Positions 16,863 through 32,356 of a stretch of DNA of 64,000 nt are shown here, piece after piece. A program made the position numbers and the translations under genes. Below the pieces are notes generated by a model that searched no databases, had not been told where the DNA came from, and saw nothing but the letters and a program-made list of their open reading frames with translations. The first letter of the stretch is position 1; each line of letters starts with the position of its first letter. Origin of the DNA: the human T2T-CHM13v2.0 reference genome, Homo sapiens; NCBI RefSeq assembly GCF_009914755.1, contig NC_060939.1; one strand, given 5' to 3'.

Positions 16863-17278
16863 TGTCTTAGTCAATTCTTGTTGCTATGAAGAAATAACTG
16901 AGACTTGGTAATTTATAGAGAAAAGAGGTTTATTTGGCTCACTGTTCTGCAGACTGTACAAGAATCATGCTGCCAGCATCTGCTTCTGGTGAGAGCCTCA
17001 GGAAGCTTTTACTCATGGTGGAAGGCACAGGAGGAGGCAGCATATCACGTGGTGAGAGTGTGAGCAAGAGAGAGGGAGGAGGTGCCAGACTCTTTTCAAC
17101 ATCCAGATCTCATGTGAACTCAGAGTGGGAACTCACACATTACCAGGAGGACAGCACCAAGCCATTCATGAGGATAGTGACCCCATGACCCAAACACCTC
17201 CCACTAGACCACACATCCAACTTTGGGGATCACATTTCAATATGAGATTTGAGGAGGACAAACATTCAAAGCATATCA
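16863..17278. mobile_element. MST-type (MaLR) solo LTR
   Basis: TGT.TTAGTC...TTGCTATGAAGAAATA...AAAAGAGGTTTA.TTGGCTCAC...CCATGACCCAAACACCTCCCACTAG...ATATCA; degraded 5-bp TSD (AGGGC/AAGGC). Confidence 0.85.
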
Positions 17279-18169
17279 AAGGCTCAAGCCCTCTCTAGGA
17301 TTGGGGAACATGCAAGGAGAAAATGACATATGAATTGGCTGGGCAACATTCAACTATTCATTAAACAAGCAGGTACTACAGGTGGGATAATAGGCTATCA
17401 TTTCTGCCAGGCAAAAATGTAGTTTTTCTTTGGCTGCCACTACTAAAGGAGACATTTTTCTTTAAAAGAATATATAAACTTCCCAGCTTGGACTTTAAGG
17501 TGCTTGGAACTGATTAGGTCCTCTCAGAACCCAGCCCATGGCCCTAACTCACAATTTCTCAGATGCAGCCAGAAAAGCGAGGTTGAAGGTGCTGTCTGTC
17601 ATCGAGGACTCATTCTACATCCCTATCCTATACATATATGTGAATAAAGCCTCCTTATGTAGCACTATCTATAGGTCAGTAATATGTACACATGTATACA
17701 CACATACATACACACATATATTTACACATATGTAGATATACATGAAAGAAACATTTCAACAAATTTTTTGTGAATAAGAATGAGATATTGTGCCTCCCTT
17801 TGAAAAATGCTTGATGTTGATATTGAACATGGGTAAGGGTTATCAATATGTGATTGGCTTTATCTAGGTTTCCTGCCTGTAATTGGAGTCACCAAGATGG
17901 TTATCAGAAGGACCCCCATGAAACTCCTACTCAACCTCACCTTCTTCCATGATTTAAAAAAATAAAGACTGACATGAGAAGTTTCAGAAGAAATACCCTC
18001 AAGGGTGTTTCTTGGGACTTGGAGGAGGAGGCATTAGTATTTGGGTTTGTAGAATCCCCAAATCAGGCAGAAAAGAGCCAACGTTTCAGAAGATGATGTG
18101 GGGAGAGAACAGTTGGTAGGGAATGATGCCAAAAGCACTCTTCTCACTATATTCTGTTGAAGGAAGGTC

Positions 18170-18560
18170 ATCCTTTGCCTTCAAAGAGCAAAGTCCAATG
18201 GGGGAGACACAATATGTAAACAGGCAAATTCAATGCACATGACCATCGCTTTCACAGCAATATGGGCTGGTGGAAGTACACGCAAGACACACCTGGGCCA
18301 GGGGCTGTTTTCCTAGAGGAAGCTGTGTCTGAGGCTTGAAAATGAGGGGGAGTTAACTGAATAGTGGGTTTGGGGTGGCAAAGTCTTTCCAGTGGAAGGA
18401 ACAGTACCTGTGAGGGGTGGAGCACATTTAGGGAAAAAATAAAGTTCCTTATGGCTGCAGCACTGCCTCAGGGGGCGGCAGTGGCAAGAGTGGAAGTGAA
18501 GACAGATGCAAGGGCCTTTACACCACGTTACAAAAGAATGGATTTTATCCTGGGGTCATG
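18170..18560 (+). mobile_element. L2-like fragment
   Basis: Degraded L2 3' motifs (TGCCTTCAAAGAGC..AGTC, GGAACAG..TGTGAGG, GGATTTTATCCT). Confidence 0.5.
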
Positions 18561-19279
18561 AGCTCTTTTCCCCGTTTTAGCCTCCTAAAAAAAAATAGGC
18601 AAGAATCAGACACAGACACACCCTCAGCAAGATACAGCCAGAAAGAGTAACCTGAGAAGAGTCCAGAGACAAGGAGATGGTGAAAGAAGGAAAGCCAGGC
18701 CCCAAAAAGCAGCTCCAGCAGCAAAAAGGTCACGTGGATGGTGGGCAGATGGGTGGGGAGACAAACAGGCCAGGAGACAGTAGCAGAGAAAAGAGCAGTG
18801 AAAGGCAAGGGATCTAAAGGGAGAGGGTAAGGGAGAGGGTGTCAGAGAGCCCCCCAAGACGCCAGAGTCACAGGCAGATTCAGACACTGAGGCTCAGACC
18901 CTGCTGAGCACCCAGGGGCTCTCTTCTCTTCTCTGACCTTAGGGTTGGCTCTCTTGGCAGACCAGTCCTCTCCCTCCATTGTCAGCTTCAAGAGAAGGGA
19001 AGAAAGACGTCTGCAAGTGTTCGTGTTTTCAGAGGGGGAAACAGAATAAGTCCCAGTCAGAAGGGTTGACTAAATGGGCCAGGGGTGGAAAAGTAGAGAG
19101 AAAATTTTGTTTCAGGAACATTGAGGGAAGAAACAATAAGCCCTCCTGTCCCCTCTCTCCAGGACCAAAAGTGGTCTTCAGTAGCTGAACCAATACCATG
19201 GAAGAAAATTTGAAAGGAAGAAAAAAAAGAAAGCTGACGGGAAATGGAAGTATTGTAAGAGACATTTCCAGTCACCTTG

Positions 19280-19510
19280 GAGAGGTGCAGGCATTAGAGC
19301 TCAGAGTCTCTGGCCAGACTGCCAGGGTTCAAGTCTTGCTATTATACCAGCTATGTGACATTGAACAAGTTACTTACAATCTCCATTTCTCAGTTTCTTA
19401 AGTGTAAAGTGAGGATGAAACAATAGTACCTACCTCATAGAGATGTTGGTCAGGTAAAAAGAGTTCCATATTTGTAGACTGCTTCAATAGTTATCTGTTG
19501 CACAGCTATC
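19280..19510 (+). mobile_element. MIR
   Basis: GGGTTCAAGTC...CAGCTATGTGACATTGAACAAGTTACTT...AATAGTACCTACCTCATAG core. Confidence 0.8.
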
Positions 19511-22158
19511 AATATAGCTGTTATTATTATTGCTCCTTTTTCCAGGCATGGCCTCTCCTGGTACCCACTGTGATGTCATATACTTTCAAAGGCCCCATCA
19601 GGGCTTCTCTGACCTAGTAGAGAGTGACAAACCCACTCCAGGTGTGTTTCATTAAAGAAGTTATTCCTATTTAGTTGTGGCTTGTGGAATTTGATTCCCA
19701 GAAATAAATTTGAAAAGTCTTGGAAAGTGTGACTACTTTGTTAGCAAAGTGTGGCTGGGTGGGATTGGCATTAGGGCTAAAAGACCTTTTCAGACTCTTG
19801 ATCTTTGAGGGTCCCTACTGTTGCCTCAGAGTGTAGCCAAACAAGAGCCAGAGGGCCTGAGAATTGTCACTGGTGGGGTGACAGAGATTTGCTCTCCTAG
19901 TGCCGCTCCACAGTGGGTTTTAGTAAACTTCTTGAAAGAGCTTGGAACAAAATTGCCACTGGGGACCATAAGACTAACTGCTGCGCAGCCACAGAACTGA
20001 AAGATGAACTCTGAGCTGTTCCACCTGGCAGGGAAGCAAGGCTTATGGATGAGGGGCCTTGTGGGAGCTGAAGAACGCAACAGATGGTGGCAGCCCCCTC
20101 CAGCAGGAGAGTCCTGGGAACAGCCATGTCTGTGAGCTCTTTGTGGCTGATGCTATGTGGCATAAGTTTGACCCAGCTCAATGTCTAGAATATAGTACTC
20201 TTTAAATGTCTGCTGAATGACTGAATGAAAAGAGGTGGCTGAGGAAAGCATATGCTGAGAGGATCCTCTAGAAGCCTCCCTGATTAATAATGATCAGCTA
20301 CTCCCTGAGACCTTGAAGAAGAAGACAGTGCTAGAAGCTGCTGCCCAAAATATCTAAAAGCCCGCAGAATAAATCTATGGCCTCCACTAGGGCCCATAAG
20401 TGGAAATTTGGAAAACCTTGATAAGTCCCATAGTTCCCGCAAGGGACTCCTTGAAATCTTAACATAAACTATCTAAAACCTCTAAAAGGAAGTCTTGGAG
20501 CCCCTGCTGAAATCCTTGGAGAAACCCTCCCAGGAAGCCTTGGAGCCCTGTCTGAAGCCCTGGAAACACAGCCAGGAGTGATGGACAACCTTTTGGGGCT
20601 GAGTCAGTCGCATGTGTGTATTAGGGTACTGGGCTCTGCCTTTGTAGCAAGAGTAGGAGGTGGGGAGGAAGGTCACTGTTGCTTTGTTTTAATATCATTG
20701 GCTTTGTCTCAGCTACCTAGACCCAAAGAGACTGGTCAAAAAGGAGAGGCCAGGGAGCTTCCAAGTATTTGATCAAGATAGTGGGCTTTGGAAATATTGA
20801 CTCTTAGTGGTGGTCAGCTGTGGGGCTTGAAACCATTTTTTTCTAGTTTTTAAAAATTTTTGTTTTTTTTGTTATTGTAGTCTTCTTTTATTTGTGTTTT
20901 CTCCACATATGTATTGAAACCACTTCTTGATAGTTTTTTGTTGAAAGATGTTAGAATCTAGGAGAGCCTGCAGGCAGCCAGGTCAGGGCACAGATTTTGA
21001 CAAACACGAGTACTATCTAATCATTTGTGACCCACTGGGGCCCAACAACAACAACAACAACAAGTTGTTCTTTGATCACAAATAGATGATTGAAGTAGTT
21101 CTGCTCATGTACTCAGATGGCTTCTTTCTCCAGGCCTCCCTAGAAAAGATTTCTTTGAATGCACTTAGCTGTGAAAGGAAGACACACAAACATTCAAGTG
21201 CTGAGATTATGTCAGAGACAAATACAGAAGCAGATTCAAGAACAGCTTCAGAACAAACAAAAAATGTAGATTGATACCATAGCAGAGGGAAAGAGAAGAA
21301 ATGAATCTGAAAAAGAGATGAAAAGAAGGCAGTGAAGACACAAATCAAAACTCACAGTATCAGAAATGAGCAGACAAGAAGAGCACTGCTATCAACTGGA
21401 AGATAGTCATTCAGACAAAATATAGCCCAATATAGTCATTCAAACAGACAATATAGCCCAATATAGTCATTCAAACAGACAATATAGGCATCTCTGGTAT
21501 AGTTGGTGAGCTTCTTTAGAAAAAATCTCTTTCTATAATTCTGAGAGAAGAAAAATGAGATATGAGAAAAGTAGTTTAAGGGATGTGTCTGAAAGGAGCA
21601 GAAATGGAAAGAGACAAGGATATATTGGGACCAAATAATAGAAAATTGTTTTTCTCCTTCTTCTCTCCCACTCAGCTCCACCCCCAAAAGTGTGGAACCC
21701 TAAACCCAAGTTCCCAGATACCAGCCAAGGTATCCTTTTCAAGGATAGCAGTCTCAGGCCTACTATGTTAACTCTTCTCTGCACAAGTTGCTTCTGGTGA
21801 GTCCTAGCTGATGTGCTCCCAACTAGCCTTCCTTTCCAATCCAGCTAAAAAGTTACAATCCAGCTCTGGCCTTGGGCACCATTTAAGTGACCTGAAACAG
21901 TGTAGGTGATGCTGAGTGGCTTTGTTGTAGGAAAATGAACAGAAATGCTCCCAAGCTGACTTAAAATGGAGAAAGTTCCTAGAGTTACTTCTGAAACCTG
22001 ACACCCCTCAACCTCACCCCTACTCCTAAACTCACAGCCCCTCCATGGCCTGATAGAAACAGGTCTTGGACCTGGCTGCCTTAGGGTGGGATTCCTCTGG
22101 TTGGTAGCTTCTGCCCTGCATGACTGGGAGCCTCCTCTCAGTGTCCTCAGTAGGTTAG

Positions 22159-22370
<212 letters not shown>

Positions 22371-22856
22371 TCAATCAGTCAATAAAAATCAGAAGATCAG
22401 CTTGTGAAATGGGGGATTGTATTCTTGCAGTGCCCTCTTCCCACCTCTTGGGTACTCAGGGCTATCCCTTTCTACTGCATCTCCAATATCAATCATCCAG
22501 AAGGATCTAGGATCATACTGATATTAAACAAGCTTGAAAACGATATGAATAGTTTTTTTAAGGCTAGGCTATTCCCCCACGATGAGCTCTAGAGGTGAGC
22601 TTCCACCTGCAGTCCAGGGACTCAGCCATTCTGCTTCCCACCTGAAGATCACACTGATGGAGTGGGATTCCTATTGGTTTCCCTACCTCTCCCTGGAGGG
22701 ATGAATGTTCATTCTCCTGGTTGGCAAAAGGGCTGGGCAAAGATGGAGCCATCATGGCATTTATCGCTGGAGTCATCCTTGGGGCAGATCTAATTGTCAG
22801 CAGCTCTGTCGCCTAAAATCAGACAAGGAATGGCTGGAAATTAGGAGTTAAAGGCA

Positions 22857-23177
22857 ATTCAGTGGCTATTACAAAAAAGTCAAAAAATAAGAGATGCTGG
22901 AAAGGTTGTAGAGAAAATAATGCTTATACACTGTTGTTGGGAGTGTAAATTAGTTCAACCATTGTGAAAGACAGTGTGGCAATTCCTCAAAGACCTAAAG
23001 ACAGATATAACATTTGATCCAGCAATGCCATCACTGGGTATATACCCAGAGGACTCTAAATTGTTCTGTTATAAAGATACATGCACACGTATGTTCATTG
23101 CAGCACTATTCAGAATAGCAAAGATATGGAATCAACCTAAATGCCCACCAATGATAGACTAAATCAAGAAAACGTGG

Positions 23178-23211
<34 letters not shown>

Positions 23212-23590
23212 TACCATGGAATACTATGCAGCCATGAAAAAGAATGAGATCATGTCCTTTGCACGAACATGGATGGAGCTGGAGGCCATTATCCTTAGCA
23301 AACTAATACAGGAACAGAAAACCTAACACCACATGTTCTCACAAGTGGGAGCTGAACGATGAAAACACATGGACACATACAGAAGAACAACACATACTGA
23401 AGCCTATCGGAGGGTTGGGGTGGGAGGAGGGAGAGGATCAGGAATATGGGTATATGGGTTCTAGGCTTAATACCTGGCTGACAAAAAAAAAAAAAATCTG
23501 TACAACAAACCCCCATAACACAAGTTTACCTATGTAACAAACGTGCACATGTACCCTTGAACTTCAAAGTTAAAAAATAAAAAATAAATA
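22857..23590 (+). mobile_element. L1PA 3' end (ORF2 C-terminus + 3'UTR + polyA)
   Basis: WQFLKDLK...YKDTCTRMFIAALF, MEYYAAMKKNEIMSFA; G-rich 3'UTR; A tail. Confidence 0.92.
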
Positions 23591-24934
23591 CATTATAGCA
23601 ATTTAAAATGTGAAAACTTGATTGAAATACAATTCTTCTGGTATTTTTTACAGTTATTTTGTTTAGGTTTAGGAGTTAGAATTTCCCTAGATATATCTAT
23701 CTTATGAGAATTCAAGAGTTTGTGGTAAGACCAAAATCAGATTTTAGGGGAAAATAGTAAGGGACAGGGAGACCTCATAGCAGTCAAATCTGTGGGATCC
23801 AGGATTGGGACCAGAAACACACTCCTTGATGGGTTTATGTTGAAAGGTTTAGAGCTGGGGGCTGCAACCATTCAGAAATTTAGATTCCCAAAAATGCCCT
23901 ATACTCCTTCCCCTGCTGATGGAAACTGGGAAAGCCTTAGTGTAGCATAGCCAGAACCTGAAAACTAAACATCATTTGGAAGAGAGATTTTTCTAGTGTC
24001 TTTTCTGAATCCTATGTCTTGTGACTTGTGCTAGGTATGTCTGAGCATCCACCTTTTTTAAGGGGAATTTGCATCCTAATTGTAGAAGGCAAACTCACTG
24101 TTTGCTTGGATCCCCCTCCCAGAATTCACCCTGGGCTCATTTGTACAATGCGGAAGTTTGTTTATAGCTCCCTTGGCCTACATTTTGTGCATGTTTTGCC
24201 CTTTTTAAAGAACCTCTTCCCCTGTACCTCTGACCTTCCTCTTCTTTCTCTCCTTCTTCTCACAACTTACTCATGTAGAGATAAAAGATCTGACCATTTA
24301 TATCCTAGAGTGTTTAATGTTTAAGAAGGTCCAGGCTCTTCACCTAAGGAAATGAAGCTGATATACTCAAATGCATTATTAGCAGGGTTTAGTTTACTTA
24401 CCTCTTTAACAAAGTGAGGCTTTCCTGATGCTCCTTAAATTCCCAAAATGCTGTCACAGAGACATGTTCCCATTGGTCAAGGAGCCTCTCAATAGTTCAT
24501 AACAAGCCCCTAAGGATGGTAGCTCTTTTCCCTATTCTCTAGGTCAGAATCTGACAAGAGTCCAGGGAGGTCAGTATTCTTGATCCACAGATACTGTGGC
24601 ATGGGACAAATAGACATTGCAACCTCATCTTGACTTAAGCTAGTGTGTTCTGCCTCTGTAATTGGTTAACTACCCTTTTCCTTGAGTCCTTCTGCCCTCC
24701 ATTGCTGAGTTTGTTCTAGTCTGCCTGTGACAGTGAAATATAATGTGCTTATTTAGGAAAATCAGCCAAACATGCAAGCAATAAAAGAGAGACAAAATAG
24801 TAACTAAGAGTGACAAGTGTGGAAAAAGACGAATGCATAGATAATATGTACACATATAGCAGGAAATAAATATGACAGGAGAAAATATGTAAAAGAAGGG
24901 ACAGTAAAGCATAATAACAGAATTTAGAGATTTA

Positions 24935-26570
<1,636 letters not shown>

Positions 26571-28959
26571 ATTCATTCCGTACAGGAAGCAACTGCTTTT
26601 TCCCTAAACTTTTCTATGTATTATAATGCTTTAGAAAATATTTAACTTAAATTTTAATGCCTTAGGGAAGTTATTTTATTATTCAAACAGAGAACCCATG
26701 GTGGCCAGACATTCCCCAATGCTGCGATACTAAGATGAGTGAGACATAGCTCCTATACCATAAGGTTCTTTAGAGTTAGTGGAGCTGATCTTAGGGTGAA
26801 GCTGGACTTGGGAGCTGAAACTAGGATTCACCCCTTAGAGGTAGCCTCTGTGCATGTGTTAGGAAGTTGCCTAGAAACCTCCGAACCAAGACTAGGTTTG
26901 GGTATATGGAGTTCTCAGGTGTCAGTTTCTGGGGAAGCGAACTGTGGGAAAAACATGGCGTTCTCTTGGCTTTTGTAGAATGTAGGTCTTCACTGCTGTT
27001 CAAAATTAGGGCCTGGGGCTGCCTCTTTGAGGTAGATCAGTTAACAACAGAAACTGGGTAGTGTCTGAAAGGGTTAGCTTCCATGTTGATGGTAACAGTA
27101 GGTAGTAGGTCAGGAGGACAACTCAAAGGAGCCCAGAGAGAGACGAGGTAGGACACCCTTGACTAACCACTTCTGACCTACTGGGACAAAGCATGGAGAG
27201 GAGGGATGAATGGGTCCTGCCCCTGTGGGAAACATTAGATGATGCTCTTTCTCTTAGCTACTCTTTTACCCATTGGCTCTCCTGAGGCCCTGCCATTCCT
27301 ACTTAAAAGAAAGAGGTTATCAGATGACAGAATAAGAGATCAAATTTATAAAAATCAGAGAAACAGATGAGATATGCAGAGAATGAGAAAAAGAAAGGTA
27401 GATAGTCTTGCAAGCAAATAGGGGTAGAAATAAGGCCCCAAACAGGAAGAGATTAGTGACATCAAAAATGGAGACAGAATGGGTCGCTGGAAGAAGGACA
27501 AGGGCAAGAGTAAGGAAAGAAACAGACATGAGGTTAGTAAGAGTGCTTCAAGAGGGGAAAGAGTCATCTTGCAGTATTCTCTCTCCTTTTCATTGTTTAG
27601 ATACAAGCATATTTTAGCTGTCTTCCAACTCTCTCCCTCTTCTCCCCTTTCTCCTTTATTCCGTAATAAATAAGTGTTCAGAGCCTGACCATACCATGCA
27701 CTAGGCTAGAAATAAAGAGGAAAAAGATGAATGAAACCAACTCCCCGCTCTTCATCCGCTGCTTGTGAATTATGTGATGCTCTCCAAAGGGCAGGGATCA
27801 TGATAATTAACTTGTAAGTTGGGCTGTAGTTGGGTGCAAGGCTGGGGTGGGCGGGGCATTCTGTGTATATATCAGAGGAAGACTGATTTTGATCACCTCA
27901 AATTTGGGTCCACGGCTGCCAGATTGGCTGAAACTATACTTGGGCTAGGGAGCCCAGTGACCTGAGTTGTGGCTAAACATATAGACCCTTAAAGTTTATG
28001 GCTCCCCTGAGTGCTAGTTGGATAATTTAGGATTGCTAGGTAGGCAGCTGTGGCATCCTCACTCACTTATATGCACATATTGTGGAAGAGATGATTAGAT
28101 TTTATCCACTTTTCCTGAAATAATACATATTAATGGAATTAACACACACAGAGTTATGTACTATTATCAAAATTTGATATAAGATATTTCACCATCAAAT
28201 TATGGTTCCTCATCACATCTTCTTTGGAAATTGCTCTCTCTGCTGCAGATGGCATCACTAGGGCCCACATTTGGAACCTCTCCCAAGATGTGCCCTAGAG
28301 TCTATGGAGTTTGGATATTTTATTCCAGCTCCTCCTCCACACCTTTTGATGCTGTCAGCATTCTTCAGAGTAGGCTCCTCTTAGGTTCCTTGACTGGCAC
28401 ATAATCTCTCCTGCCCAAATAAACTCTCAGCCATGCTTAGCAAGAAGCTGCATAATTCATAGGAAGTGAAATTTAAAATTGTCCCCATCTTTGCCTTTCT
28501 AAGCTGCTGCTCGAAAGAGAATCCAGTAACATAGAGTGAGGTCTAGGGTTTCCAAGGATCTGTACTTTCCCCTATATCTGGAGAGGGGTAGCTGATGTCA
28601 CTTCCAAATCTCTGGCTTGTGAATAGGTTCTTATTCTGCCTGTTTTTAAACATGCCACCCTCTCCCACTGTTGGCATCTGTGGGCCATATGGAAAGAGGG
28701 AACTTTTTCTCTTGAGCTTCTGTGAAGTACGGTTTATTTTCTAGTTTTTCCATTTCTCTTTTCAATGCTGAAGTATTTTTTAAGACTTCCTTTTAGTCAA
28801 CAAGTGCCTTCATGTTTTGTCTCCTCTTCCCTTAGCAAAACCAAAAGTAAGGTATCCTTTGGCAAGGAGCCAGGTATATCACATCAAGGTAAAATGACCC
28901 ATGGTTCCTCATTTTGACATTCAACTTACTGCCCAAAGGAAGATTTCAGTAGCCAACAG

Positions 28960-29790
28960 GAATGTTGCCCCTCCAAAGTGTGCCACCTCCAGTGAGCCTC
29001 CCTGTCATGCCCGGCCTGTGGACAGCCAGCCCCCGCCATCACTTCAGTCCCCCGCCAAGCATGGGTGTACTGTGTAGGCAGCCATGTGGCCTGATAGTCT
29101 CTACCAGTCCTGCTGTCTCTCGGCTGAGAATCAAACCCATCCTGAATGATGGGAAATGTGTCCTCTGCTAGCTGTGTTTTCAGTGGAGCTCAGGGGAGGG
29201 AAAGGGCCAAGCCATTACTAGGGTGCTGTTGGGAGCAGTGAAAAGGCCACATCCTTTCCAAAGGACACTTTTCCTGGAAAGCCCCTGGAGCTTAGCTGGC
29301 TCATCCTGTGAAGCCGGTTCTGGCCACTAGGGTGCAGGGCCATGAACTCAGCCTGGAGGAAGCCTGCAGGGCAGCTGGCACTCTGGAGGGACAGACAGAA
29401 CAGGCCACCAGGTGCAGACAGGCAAGGGAGGCAGGAGGATGGAATGGAAGATGCCTGGGCTGGATGGAAGTCAGTGCCCTTGGGTGCTGGTACCTGCCTT
29501 CCCGGCCACCGCTAGATCAGGATTCTGAGCCTGTTGGCTGTCAGGGCTGGACTGTGCCCCATAGGCACCACGGCAGTCCCCGTGGAATCCCCCAGGTGTC
29601 ACCAGGCAGCATCCAGGAAACAGGCCTGGAAGGTCCCCATCAGCCCAGTTGGACATGCTCAGACACTCTGGGGCTCCCCATTCAGTGGCACAAACTCCAG
29701 GAGCCAGTGAAGGAAATAGGAACACACCAGGATGAGCAGTATGGCTAAAAGCTATTTATTCCAAAATGAAAAGCAAAATAAACAGGAGTC
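28960..29790 (+). pseudogene. Probable DNM1 3'-end remnant co-duplicated with GOLGA2
   Basis: Abrupt switch to GC-rich DNA at ~28960; plus-strand AATAAA at ~29777 overlapping the GOLGA minus-strand AATAAA (29755-29760). Ancestral GOLGA2 and DNM1 are tail-to-tail, and DNM1P fragments accompany GOLGA duplicons. No DNM1 peptide identified here. Confidence 0.55.
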
Positions 29791-30384
29791 TCATCACCAG
29801 GGAGCCACAACCCCATCCCTGCCTCCCTCCTCTGTCATATGCTATCAAATAAGTTTCCCAGCCACAAATAATTATTAGAACCTCCTCCCCATGTGCCAAC
29901 TCCAACCTCTGCTATGTATGATACAGGGGGCAGCCCTACCCCCAGAATATACAAAATGTTACACAGATACAATATGTACACTGGGGAAGGGGACCCACCT
30001 CCAGCAGCTCGTGCCCTCGCCTGGTCTACATTAGCTCCATTGTCCTGCCTCAGCTGCCTCTCTGAGTAAAATGGGAGCCCCCATGAGGGAAAAATTGCTT
30101 TGGTGGGATTAACGCCATCAGAGAGGCCATGAGGCTTCCTCGAAAGAAATAAACTCTGAGCCTCTAGCTCTTAAATAACAATAATCGTCTTCCAGAAATT
30201 TAAGGACTCAGCCCTGGCCAAGGCGGCAAAGGGTCTGCACTTGTTTGTCTCAACCCATTAGACAGGCGGCTTGTCTTGCTACTCTAAGGGTAAAAGGGTG
30301 AGTGGGAATGGGTGGTAGGGACATGGTAGGGGCACAGCCTCCAACCCCACTTCTCCAGGCTTTGCTGACGGTGGCCTGTTTTTA

Positions 30385-30580
30385 TTATTTTTTATTTTTT
30401 AAATTTTTATCCATGACTATTTTTTAATCCCATAACTTTTTTTCTATAACTTTTCCATAACTTTTTTCCATAACTAACTTTTTTCATAACATTTTACCTG
30501 CAGCTTTTTTCATAATTTCTTTAATCCCATAACTTTTTTTAATCCCATAAATTTTTTCCCATAACTTTTTTTTTTTAAAT
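30385..30580 (-). repeat. (AAAAAAGTTATGG)n-like low-complexity repeat in the GOLGA 3'UTR
   Basis: Repeated CCATAACTTTTT units. Confidence 0.8.
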
Positions 30581-32356
30581 TTGGTGGCCTGCTTTTAGAT
30601 GACAGTGATCTTCACCTCATCTGCACCTGTCTCCCTCACTAGATAGGGGTCTTATTTTGCTACTGTAAGGGTAAAGGGGTAACTGGGAAGGGGTGGCAGG
30701 GACGTGGTAGGGGCAGACTCTCTGGTCCCATTTCTCCAGGCTTTGCTGACAGTGGCTGGCTTTTAGATGATTGTTACCTTCATCTTGCTCTCCTGAGCTC
30801 AGTAAAAAATGGGGATGCAGGGGTTGCTGCCCAAGCCTGGGCGCTCCTGGGGGTTCTGCATCTCATGAAGCAGCCGCATGATCTGCTGTGCCGTGGGGCT
30901 GTCGTGGGGAAAACCCTCCCCAGCCTCTTCTTGTTCAGGCTCCACACTGTGGGAGATCTTTGGAGACAGGGAGGCAGGGCTCAGAGCACTGTGTGAGCCC
31001 TCCCCTCATCCTGCCAGCCCACCCTGCCCAAGGGCTCTACTCACCACCCTGCTTGTTGGCAGCCCCAATCTCCTGGGGGGCTGGGTCCCATGGAGCAGGC
31101 TCATCAGCAGGGTTCTGGGCAGCTGCCAGGAATCTGCCATGCCACTTGTTGCAGTCGCCCACAAGCTGCAACACCAGCTCCAGCAGCTTCACCTGGAGGG
31201 AGGGGTGCTCAGCTGCCACGCCCGTGCCCACACCCACCCCCACCTCCACCCCTGCAGAGATGTTGCACGCCCTACCTTCATCTCCTCCTTGTCCTGAGCC
31301 AGCCTGCTTATGTACTCATTCTCCCGGTCCACGTCTTCAGCACTGACCTCTGGCTCTGGTATGATGTGACGTACTTTCCTGCAGGAGGACAGGGCTCAGA
31401 CATTGGGGCCCCTCTGACCACCCTGCAGCTCCCCCTGCCGTGCCCTGACCTCTCGCTCACTGATGGTGTCTGTTTGTCCAGACAGCTGAATGCAGCGACA
31501 TTCCAGTTTCTCCACCCGCTCATTCTCCTGCATGAGCTCCATAAAGCGGCTCTGGAGTCAAAATAATGGGGTCACATCCCCGCAACAACCTGCCCCGCCC
31601 CCACCCTTCTTGGCCATGCCAGGAGAGACTCACTCACCTGCAGCTTCCCCATGGTCCCCTGCAAGGTCCGGTGGGTTTCCCCACACAGAATCGCCCCCAG
31701 TCCCTGGGGCTGAGGCTGCTGCCTCTGGCTCCTTCTGGGCCAAGGCCACCGGGTAAGACAGGCGCTGGCAGTGCACCCTTTGCTCCTTCAGCTGCCCATG
31801 TAGCTGTGCCTGCTCCTCTTCGGCACTGGCTAAAGCCAAGTTTTAAAATGCCACCTGCGGGCAGGAGGTGCCCATTCTTGTAGGGGGATACACAGGATGA
31901 ACGGGCCAGGGCAGTAGAGAGAAGCCCTTCCCTTGGGGCCTCAGAGGGTGCACCTATTGGTCTCAGGTGAAATGGTGTCTGACCACTGGCTCCCAGGGAA
32001 GGGGTGAGGGTCCAAAGAAATCAGAAGGCAGAAAAACCAAGAGCATAAGGGTGTCTGGGAGGGAGGAGAGAGGGAGGAAGCAAAGGTGGGGCATGGGGAG
32101 TCAGGCTCATCATGGTCTCCCAGCTCTCCAGGTCCTCCAGGATGCTCAGCATGGACCAAGGCTCCTCCTCCTCCTCACTCTCCAGTCCATCTCCTATGGG
32201 GGTGGGGCGGGGCAGTGACCAGAGGGGTCCTCAGACAACCCAACAAGGGAGTACAGTGGGCCCACCTCTGCCCCCACCCTCACTGTGTAACCCTAGGCCA
32301 GCCCCTCCCCAGAGAGGAATGAGTAGCTGCTCTTTATTTTTATTGCATTTTTTTAA

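Noticed and set aside
16783-16878. CRISPR-like ~32-bp repeats (also 21403-21488, 34100-34490)
   Set aside because: Contiguous tandem repeats with no unique spacers, in a eukaryotic context with no cas genes.
19826-20181. Possible coding exon
   Set aside because: Short ORFs without recognisable homology or convincing splice sites.
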